Source of the DNA: Ignicoccus pacificus DSM 13166
Lineage (GTDB): Archaea; Thermoproteota; Thermoprotei_A; Sulfolobales; Ignicoccaceae
NCBI GenBank assembly: GCA_025340205.1
Contig: CP006868.1
Span: 1,440,001 to 1,472,000, forward strand
Direction of reading: 5' to 3'
DNA: 32,000 nt
Made by a program: the position numbers and the translations under genes
Part shown: positions 25,178 to 32,000 of the stretch, in pieces
How the letters are laid out: every line of letters begins with the position of its first letter
Position numbering within the stretch: position 1 is the first letter of the stretch
The notes under the pieces: generated by a model
What the model saw: the letters and a program-made list of their open reading frames with translations, nothing else
What the model was told of the DNA's origin: nothing
Database searches by the model: none

Positions 25178-28100
25178 ATGAAGGTGAAGCTTACGCTACT
25201 TTTGCTGGTAACGATGGTCCTCGCCGCTCCCTTCAGAGTCGACGTAACTTACTTCAATCCCTCCGCCGCTAAGTACTTGAGCATACCCTTCCTCAAGGTC
25301 AGCGTTACCGGAGACATTAATTTGAATAACTTGAATGTAAGCAAGGTAAATATAATCCTCAACGCCTCAAGCCCCGTAGTAATAGGAAATTATACAAAGC
25401 TTATAGAAAATTACTTGAAAAATTGTAACGTTCAAGGGACGCCCTTGGTGTCTGTAACATCCTGCATAATGGAAGCTCTCGGAAAGATATTGGGGATAAG
25501 GTCTGTGGTCCCTAGCAACATCTCTCAGACCGTCGCGCTGAGTCCGGAGGGTTATGCTATAGTTGCAATGGAATACAAGCTTAACGCGCTGATAAATAGA
25601 GATAGGTTCATCGGTCAAGCGCTCTATTACGCAAAGGGAGGAGACGAGGCGCTTGAGGAGGTTTATCACGTAGAGCTCTATACCGGAGGAGGCGGGAGGC
25701 TAAGGATCAGCGCTTCAGTGACTCCTAACATAGGAGGTATGGGTCAGTACTACAAGCTGAGCTGCGCCAAGGGTTTCGCTTTAGTGACCGCCATCTCTCC
25801 GCCCCCCACTCCTCCGAAGATGATAAGGGGGCCTAACTTCGTCAAGCTCGTCTTCCCCACGGACGTCGTAAAGTACGCGGTGAGTTACGAGGGCGTCTCG
25901 CTATGGATGCCTAAGACAGTGTGGCAATACTTCACCGCCGTTCAGAGGAGTGTAACTATACCAATACCTTGTCTATCCCTGAGCACGTTATCGGTAGCCC
26001 CCGCCTTACCCTCTCAGCTGGCTTGCCAGCTCACGTTTAACGTAGCTGCCAGAGGAGAGCACACTATCTCCATTACTTCTCCTAATGGGTATTCAATGGT
26101 GTTAAGGGTACAGCCGTTCCACGACGTGACTATACCTACCCCATGCAAGGGAGTTGCTCTCTTTAGAGTTGATAACTCCACCTTCTTGACTGACTTCGCA
26201 AACTTCAATAATTCCAAATTAGTCATAATACCCAAGGCCAAAGTATTAAGGCTCGTGAAGATACAAGCTAACAAGGACTTCTTGCTTGACTTCAACGGCT
26301 TCAAGGTGAAGTGTACTAAGGTCTGCTACTTAGCCGCTCCGCCAAGTCAGCTCGAGCTGGTAGTAGTAGATCCCACAACTCAAGCTAGCAAACTACTCGT
26401 ACTATCTCCAATAGCCAAAGCGGTAAACGTGATTGTGCCTACCAAACCCCTCTACAAGAGCTGTGGGGCATACTTAGTCTCCCCCAAGCCAATAACGGTT
26501 AAGCTATACTTCAAGTCAACTACATCAATACTCGAGGTAAGCACGAAACCCAAGTTCATAATCCTCCCTTGCAACACCCCGATAACTGCCAAGGTAGAGA
26601 ATTACATGGCCCAGTTCAGCGTGAGCGGGAACAAGTGGGTGGTGTTCTGTCCGGGGGTGGGCGTAAGCACTGGTTCAGCAGTAAACGTGACGGCAAAGGG
26701 ATTCAAGACCCCTATATCCTTCAGCTGCGACGGTGGAAACAGCTGGGTGATGGTCGATTCAAGCAACTTCATACTGGTAAGACCGGACTATCCGCTAATG
26801 CTCTTGAAGTTCGTCGGATCCAGCGGTTCTATGGCTTACGTGTACGTGCCCTACGGTATCTACGCGTTTACGGTAACTCCTAACGTCAAGCCATCCACGA
26901 CCAAAGGACCACTCCCTCCGAACATGCCTCTGACCCAACTCATCGACGTCAGGGTTCACAAGATCAAAGGAACGTTCTCTAAACTGTACCTAGAGCTCAG
27001 CGACGGAAAGTATGCCTTAAAGTACCCGATAATGAACGAAACCATGGTGGCCGTTCCTCCACAATGGGTAAAGACCAAATTGCAAGGATTGTTGCAAGTA
27101 GTGACCAAGATAGGGATGAAGATGTACAACTTCACCTTGCCTCAGCTCTACTCAGGTAAGTACCCAGATGGTAAACCAGTAATCGCTTCCATCGACCTCT
27201 TCGTGGACTCAACAGCCTACAACTTCTTCTACCATAGCGTGAAGATCGTAATAGTCGATAAGAATGGAGTACCGAAGGAGGGAAGGGTGCTAATAGAAGA
27301 CAAGTATCCAGTTGAGGTCAAGGGTGCAACCGTAATAGTATACCCCAAGAACGTAATGAGTTTGACCTTTGCCGGGAAGAGGTTTAGGATAGCTCTAAAC
27401 GGTCAGACGGTTTACCTAAACGTGAGCAGTCCTCAAGTTTCCAAGCAACCGTTAAACGCCTACATAACCGTAGACGTCTTAAGATATGGAAAGCCAATTA
27501 ACGTCACCTTACAGCTGTCCACCCAAAACGGCACCCTCACGTATACAGCAAAGGGCATGACCAAGCTGGCCGTTCCGTCCAGCTGGCTCAACACAACGAT
27601 CTACTTAACGGTTTATTACAATGGAACGGTCCACCAAGCAGCTATCCCACCTTTGGTGACGTCAGTAGGCATGAACAAGATCGTCTCCCCCATCTATATA
27701 TTCCTTGATAACATGGAACAGTACAACTATTACAGCGCAAAGATTATAACAGTAACTAAGAAAGGGTTCTTCACGTACTTGGCTAACGCTAACGTAACGA
27801 TAGATGGAAAGTATAAGATCCCAGTCTATGGAAGCGTCGTAATAGTATATCCCAAGAAGAACGTCAAGCTGAGCTATCCCGGAGGGACCTTAGACGTCGT
27901 CTTAGGAGGAAACGAGATCTACTTAACTCTAAAGAGCATGAAGAAACAGCCGAAGCCAGTGGCCAAGAACCAGACCCAGAAGACGGAGGTTAGCATCGGT
28001 GAGCTTATGAAGGAAGGAAAGATCAAGATGTGGAATCCGTGGAAGAATCTACCAGCGATACTAATGCTATCGACCTCCTTGTTGCTCTCAATGAGCGTGG

Positions 28101-28228
28101 TTTACACCGCCGGTAGTTATCCGGACCTCATAGGAGCCGCTGCGTTTGCCATAGCTGCCCTCACGATAATAGCCGTCTACATAGCTCTGGCAATATGGTT
28201 CGCTAACACAATAGGTGCGCCTTCATAA
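25178..28228 (+). CDS. Giant exported surface/envelope protein with C-terminal membrane anchor, 1016 aa
   Basis: Signal peptide MKVKLTLLLLVTMVLAAPF, long beta-rich Val/Thr/Pro-rich ectodomain, internal duplicated unit, and two C-terminal hydrophobic helices (ILMLSTSLLLSMSVVYTA; LIGAAAFAIAALTIIAVYIALAIWF). Confidence 0.88.
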   Translation: MKVKLTLLLLVTMVLAAPFRVDVTYFNPSAAKYLSIPFLKVSVTGDINLNNLNVSKVNIILNASSPVVIGNYTKLIENYLKNCNVQGTPLVSVTSCIMEALGKILGIRSVVPSNISQTVALSPEGYAIVAMEYKLNALINRDRFIGQALYYAKGGDEALEEVYHVELYTGGGGRLRISASVTPNIGGMGQYYKLSCAKGFALVTAISPPPTPPKMIRGPNFVKLVFPTDVVKYAVSYEGVSLWMPKTVWQYFTAVQRSVTIPIPCLSLSTLSVAPALPSQLACQLTFNVAARGEHTISITSPNGYSMVLRVQPFHDVTIPTPCKGVALFRVDNSTFLTDFANFNNSKLVIIPKAKVLRLVKIQANKDFLLDFNGFKVKCTKVCYLAAPPSQLELVVVDPTTQASKLLVLSPIAKAVNVIVPTKPLYKSCGAYLVSPKPITVKLYFKSTTSILEVSTKPKFIILPCNTPITAKVENYMAQFSVSGNKWVVFCPGVGVSTGSAVNVTAKGFKTPISFSCDGGNSWVMVDSSNFILVRPDYPLMLLKFVGSSGSMAYVYVPYGIYAFTVTPNVKPSTTKGPLPPNMPLTQLIDVRVHKIKGTFSKLYLELSDGKYALKYPIMNETMVAVPPQWVKTKLQGLLQVVTKIGMKMYNFTLPQLYSGKYPDGKPVIASIDLFVDSTAYNFFYHSVKIVIVDKNGVPKEGRVLIEDKYPVEVKGATVIVYPKNVMSLTFAGKRFRIALNGQTVYLNVSSPQVSKQPLNAYITVDVLRYGKPINVTLQLSTQNGTLTYTAKGMTKLAVPSSWLNTTIYLTVYYNGTVHQAAIPPLVTSVGMNKIVSPIYIFLDNMEQYNYYSAKIITVTKKGFFTYLANANVTIDGKYKIPVYGSVVIVYPKKNVKLSYPGGTLDVVLGGNEIYLTLKSMKKQPKPVAKNQTQKTEVSIGELMKEGKIKMWNPWKNLPAILMLSTSLLLSMSVVYTAGSYPDLIGAAAFAIAALTIIAVYIALAIWFANTIGAPS

Positions 28229-28916
28229 GCACGATCCTATAGGTGTCTTCACTAGGGTTCTTTTTGTAGAGTTTGAGCGCTTCGACCAGCTCTGCTTTGT
28301 TTATTCCCATTTTCCTAGCTATCTCCGAGGCTGGGGGAGATGGTTTCATGAGTAGGCCAGAGACTATCGAGGTTAGGTTACTTGGCTTTCTCTCTAGGGA
28401 GGCTGAACCGTAATCCAATATCACTGCCCTTTCTCCGACTAAGACGTGCTTCCAAGGTCTGACCAGCTCTCCATGATCTATTCCCTTCATATCTAGGGTG
28501 AAGGCTGCATCCAGCACCTTTCTCAAGACTTCCTTGAGTGCGGGTAAAGGCTCAGATATTCTTTCCGAGATGTCGGGGTAGGGCACGTATTCCATTATTA
28601 TGAAGCTTCTAGAGTATTCGAACACCTTAGGGGCTATTGGATATGCCATTTTCTGGATGAGTGCTTCCTTTCTCATATCATATAGGTAGTCGGTCCTAGG
28701 TACCTTAATTGCCACCTTTATGTTATTCCATTTAGCTAAGAAAACTACTCCTCGGAATCCTATTCCCAAGAACCTAAACTTCTTGAACTCCCTTTTACCA
28801 ATCGAATAAACGCATTCCACTCCAGCCTTCCTCAACTCCTTCCTAAAATCACAATTCTCTTTAGGATAGCAAACGGGAAACTCCTCCAGAGGGTAGCACT
28901 TCAACTCCACCACCAA
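28203..28916 (-). CDS. Predicted archaeal serine/threonine protein kinase (COG2112-like)
   Basis: Gly-loop LGIGFRGVVFLAKW, catalytic Lys VAIKVPRTD, IIMEYVPYPD hinge, IDHGELVRPWKHVLVG catalytic loop, VILDYGSASL in place of DFG. Confidence 0.85.
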   Translation of the reverse strand: MVVELKCYPLEEFPVCYPKENCDFRKELRKAGVECVYSIGKREFKKFRFLGIGFRGVVFLAKWNNIKVAIKVPRTDYLYDMRKEALIQKMAYPIAPKVFEYSRSFIIMEYVPYPDISERISEPLPALKEVLRKVLDAAFTLDMKGIDHGELVRPWKHVLVGERAVILDYGSASLERKPSNLTSIVSGLLMKPSPPASEIARKMGINKAELVEALKLYKKNPSEDTYRIVLMKAHLLC

Positions 28917-30202
28917 TATCTACCGTACACGAACCACTTCAGCCATTCCTCTTGGGGCTCGATTATCCTATTTACTATTACATTCTTAGTATCTAGGCTC
29001 ACCGTTTTCAAGTTCTTCAAGTACCTACTCGCCACCTCTTCCAATCCCTTCTCCTCCCTCTCTTCAATGACCATTATTCGGTCACCCCTTATCCATGGTC
29101 CAGCAGCTGGAGCGTCGTGGACGGTCAAGAAGTTGGAGAGGTTGCCCTTATCCCAGACAGGGGGACCTATCCTGACTTCCTCATCTGTTAGCTTGGAGTT
29201 AAGTGACTCTATAGCAACACAAGCTCTTCTCTCCTCATCGCTCCAACACTGATACCTAGTTATTTGGAATCCCTCCCTCTCCAGTGCTTTTATCAGTGAT
29301 CTTGCTACTCTCTTCAGCTCGCCCCAAACGGTCTCAGGCGGGTGATCGCCAACTATCCTTAGCTCTACCAAGTAGGTGGGTCTCTTTGCTTTGACCTCGG
29401 GAGGTGGCGGTCTTCGATAGAACTTAGGATTAGGATTGGTTAAGTACCTCCAAGCAGCTAGACTCGCCAACGCCATAGATTGTAGTGATACCGCTGCGGC
29501 CGCGTTCCTCTTGGGATCGACGGGATCTGGAACTATTATGGGCGCTTTAAATTTCTTTAAATAGAATGGTTTGTTGTCATGTCCTCCAGGATCTAGAAAG
29601 ACTGGGGGTTTCCAAACGCTCATCGAATTGATCGTTTCCGCGAAGCCCTTGTAGTGTATGAGAAGCAACTCAGTCATGTATCCGGAAAAGCCCTCAACCT
29701 TCACCTCAGCTCCATAGACCCCTATTCCCTTGAAGAATGCCTTGAGAAGTCTTACCTCATCTCTAGAGCTTGGACCTAACTCATCTAACTTCTCCTTAAC
29801 CCACTTAGTATGGAAAGGTGTCCTGTCTACAGCCGTTATGGCCTCCGAGCCAGAGGAGACCTTGAAGGCCGGGACTAGATCCACGTCAACGCCTTCTACC
29901 TTTAAGTTAATGTAAGGATGCTCAGCGTACTTTATTATGTATTCCCCCAACCTCTTCGCCGCTTTCTCAAGAATCTTTAGGGCGACTACCTTCAACCACT
30001 CTTTACTCTTAGGAGGGAAGAGGATGAAGACGTCTAGCTCGAGATTCCCCCTTAACCACGTCTCCTTAGCCGCGCTTCCTTGAAGGGTGACCTCTCCTTT
30101 GACTTTTTCCTTCTCCAGCTCCTCCTCTACTACCCTTTTCACCTTCGCGAATATCCTATCCCTTTTCTGGTACTCCTCCTTAGTTGGCCTTATCTTCTCC
30201 AA
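28901..30202 (-). CDS. cca: Archaeal CCA-adding enzyme (class I tRNA nucleotidyltransferase)
   Basis: LQGSAAKETWLRGNLELDVFILFPP active site, DLVPAFKVSSG, RDEVRLLKAFFKGIGVYGAEVKVEGFSGYMTELL. Confidence 0.95.
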   Translation of the reverse strand: MEKIRPTKEEYQKRDRIFAKVKRVVEEELEKEKVKGEVTLQGSAAKETWLRGNLELDVFILFPPKSKEWLKVVALKILEKAAKRLGEYIIKYAEHPYINLKVEGVDVDLVPAFKVSSGSEAITAVDRTPFHTKWVKEKLDELGPSSRDEVRLLKAFFKGIGVYGAEVKVEGFSGYMTELLLIHYKGFAETINSMSVWKPPVFLDPGGHDNKPFYLKKFKAPIIVPDPVDPKRNAAAAVSLQSMALASLAAWRYLTNPNPKFYRRPPPPEVKAKRPTYLVELRIVGDHPPETVWGELKRVARSLIKALEREGFQITRYQCWSDEERRACVAIESLNSKLTDEEVRIGPPVWDKGNLSNFLTVHDAPAAGPWIRGDRIMVIEEREEKGLEEVASRYLKNLKTVSLDTKNVIVNRIIEPQEEWLKWFVYGRYWWWS

Positions 30203-30221
30203 TACGCTCTCTTCTAAGAGT

Positions 30222-30794
30222 TTATGGAGAAGCGTCGAGCTTCACCTCCCTCAAGGTCTCATATATCGGTCCTCTCGGCGTTAAGGTAGATTTCTTCAAC
30301 CTTATGTTAGTAACTTCGAACTCTCCTAGGTCTATGTCCTTCATAGACTCTATCCATTCAGTCAACCTTTCCCTACCTCTAGGTCCCTTTACTCTGGCCA
30401 GCGTCACGTGAGCCGTAAATCCCTTGGTCTCCGGCCTAAAGCCCATCTTCCTTAGTTCCCTCTCAAGTATTCTAGCCATTTCTGCCAATACTTCGTCTCC
30501 CTCAACTCCCACCCATATCACCCTAGGTCTGTAAGGAGAAGGAAATGCTCCTACGCCCTTAAGCCTTATCTTATGCCTCCTTCCGCTTTGAGCCGCTTTC
30601 TGCATAACCTTTTCTATCTCATCTATCATGTCCACGGGTATGTTTCCTAGGAATCTCAGAGTTATGTGGAAGTTCTCCACCTCTACTATCTTGACATCCG
30701 CTCCCGTCTGCTTGAGGGACTCCGCTAGTCTGCCGAGCTTGCCAGCCAGCTCGCCCTCTATGTCTACGGCAATAAAGGCTCTAACCTTCTCCAT
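30222..30794 (-). CDS. thpR: RNA 2',3'-cyclic phosphodiesterase (2H phosphoesterase)
   Basis: RAFIAVDIEGEL, HITLRFLGNIP and HVTLARVKG (two HxTx motifs). Confidence 0.94.
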   Translation of the reverse strand: MEKVRAFIAVDIEGELAGKLGRLAESLKQTGADVKIVEVENFHITLRFLGNIPVDMIDEIEKVMQKAAQSGRRHKIRLKGVGAFPSPYRPRVIWVGVEGDEVLAEMARILERELRKMGFRPETKGFTAHVTLARVKGPRGRERLTEWIESMKDIDLGEFEVTNIRLKKSTLTPRGPIYETLREVKLDASP

Positions 30795-30936
30795 GCTCCT
30801 CCCACTCCACTAAAGATTGGAGGAGCTGAAGAGCGCGATACAAGTTGGTCCTCCCGGTCCAGTAAGGAGGGGCTCTGAGATAGGCATCCTCTATCTCCTT
30901 TAGCGCCTTGAGGGCGATTACTCGTACTCCCTCCAT
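30781..30936 (-). CDS. Small conserved-looking microprotein, 51 aa, overlapping both tfs and thpR
   Basis: Not in the supplied track. MEGVRVIALKALKEIEDAYLRAPPYWTGRTNLYRALQLLQSLVEWEEHGEG*. The start lies inside the tfs 3' end and the stop lies inside the thpR 5' end. Confidence 0.6.
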   Translation of the reverse strand: MEGVRVIALKALKEIEDAYLRAPPYWTGRTNLYRALQLLQSLVEWEEHGEG

Positions 30937-31259
30937 ACGTGACCACACTTCGTGCACTTGTAGAACCTGGTGGGAGGTTCGTCTCCCGCTCTGGTTTGGA
31001 GGAACCAGTAGTAGGCTTCATCATGTCCGCATTTAGGACAAATTACGTCTCTTGTCTTTGGTAAGGTCTCTACCTTTATCTTATCGTCAATAACTATTGT
31101 CTTTTCCCTTACGCTGTGGCTTATCTTCTTAGTAGTTCTTATAGGCTTAGCCTGAGAGGCATCCATCTCATAGCCGCATCTCATGCACTTTAGGATAGTC
31201 TTCCCTCCAACCCTCCTCGCAACCATTAACGAACCACACTTGGGGCAGAACTGCACCAT
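30918..31259 (-). CDS. tfs: Transcription factor S (TFIIS-like)
   Basis: Two zinc ribbons: FCPKCGSLM...KCMRCGYEM and CPKCGHDEAYYWFLQTRAGDEPPTRFYKCTKCGHVWREY with catalytic DE. Confidence 0.96.
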   Translation of the reverse strand: MVQFCPKCGSLMVARRVGGKTILKCMRCGYEMDASQAKPIRTTKKISHSVREKTIVIDDKIKVETLPKTRDVICPKCGHDEAYYWFLQTRAGDEPPTRFYKCTKCGHVWREYE

Positions 31260-31396
31260 GGCTCAGTTTCACCAGACGATAGCCTACCGTGTATAGCTTA
31301 TTAATATCGAACGAATCCCTCACTCTAATCAATTAATACAGAGAAAGCCTTAATTCATAAGTTACGATTAACCAGTTCCTATGAGGTGAATCGAAC

Positions 31397-32000
31397 TTGA
31401 GTGAGCGCGGAGGAATGAGCGCACTACTGACCGGTATCAGAGTAGGGTTCAACAATCCTATAACTAGGACTATCCTCAAAAAGATGTCAAAAAGGATTAC
31501 TTGCATTGTCGACGGAAAGCCTATGACTGAGAGAATATCCTACTTCGCTATGGCTAAGTACGCTGGTCTAGACGTTAAGTGTCCTTGGAGCGCTTCTCTC
31601 TACAACGCCTTCCTGAGCGTGATCCTTGACGTTGCTCTGATGGCGTTCAAAGGAAATAAGGAGGAGGTGAGAGAGGCGTTAAAGGACCCCGCCGTTAGGA
31701 GAGGCATGGCTCTGGTGCTCGAGGGCCTTGGTAAGTACGGCGTCACCGTTCCTCAGAAGCTTCCCGCCCCCTTCCTTATCGTTTGGAACTTCACGAACAT
31801 GTGTAACCTAAGGTGCAAGCACTGTTATCAAAGAGCCGATAAGCCTCTTCCCGACGAGCTAACCCTAGATGAGAAACTGGACGTCGTGAGGCAGTTCGAT
31901 GAAGCGGGAGTAGCCGCTGTGGCCCTAAGCGGCGGAGAACCCACAATCCATCCACACTTCTACAAGGTGGTGGAGGCCTTCTCCGAGAGAGGAATATACG
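31397..32000 (+). CDS. Radical SAM protein (truncated at window edge)
   Basis: TTG start after GAGGTGA (31383-31389). The frame runs to the window end. LPAPFLIVWNFTNMCNLRCKHCYQRADK gives CxxxCxxC, followed by VAALSGGEPTIHPHF-like sequence. Confidence 0.9.
   Translation, partial: MSERGGMSALLTGIRVGFNNPITRTILKKMSKRITCIVDGKPMTERISYFAMAKYAGLDVKCPWSASLYNAFLSVILDVALMAFKGNKEEVREALKDPAVRRGMALVLEGLGKYGVTVPQKLPAPFLIVWNFTNMCNLRCKHCYQRADKPLPDELTLDEKLDVVRQFDEAGVAAVALSGGEPTIHPHFYKVVEAFSERGIY

Noticed and set aside
26569-26883. 104-aa plus-strand ORF within the giant surface protein
   Set aside because: Out-of-frame inside a confidently called CDS, with random-looking composition.
30764-31024. 86-aa plus-strand ORF across the thpR/tfs junction
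   Set aside because: Antisense to tfs, the 51-aa ORF and thpR, which form a coherent same-strand operon. No supporting features.
1-32000. CRISPR array, transposase, integrase, prophage or toxin-antitoxin module
   Set aside because: Scanned for regularly spaced repeats, DDE/tyrosine recombinase signatures and MazF/VapC/RelE-like pairs. None could be supported.

Overview
This window reads as a compact hyperthermophilic crenarchaeal chromosome segment. Its gene content resembles the Desulfurococcales and specifically Ignicoccus, which is an inference from an HAO-like octaheme cytochrome, a crotonyl-CoA hydratase/3-hydroxybutyryl-CoA dehydrogenase fusion and large anchored surface proteins. I recognise a CBS-domain protein (partial), a Sua5/YrdC protein, a PAP2 phosphatase, a plasma-membrane-type H+-ATPase, a methyltransferase, tRNA-Gly(UCC), aRF1, a PhoU-like protein, an AEC-type transporter, NnrE/NnrD, RadA, an octaheme cytochrome c, an Nre-family protein, PurC-PurS-PurQ, a ~1016-aa surface protein, and the block tfs / small ORF / thpR / cca / COG2112-like kinase. 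The right edge carries a partial radical SAM protein. There are no CRISPRs, transposons or rRNAs. The most interesting signals are: (1) a 40-aa single-TM ORF absent from the supplied track, joined by a GTGA overlap to the P-type H+-ATPase gene; (2) an aRF1 whose decoding motifs diverge (NIKS->NVKL, YxCxxxF->YRTDKHF, GTS->ATT); (3) a 51-aa ORF overlapping both tfs and thpR; (4) a 59-aa ORF that looks like a class III signal peptide/pilin; (5) the octaheme cytochrome with a 10-bp direct repeat in its divergent promoter; (6) a duplicated two-domain unit in the giant surface protein. None of these is proven novel without database searches.
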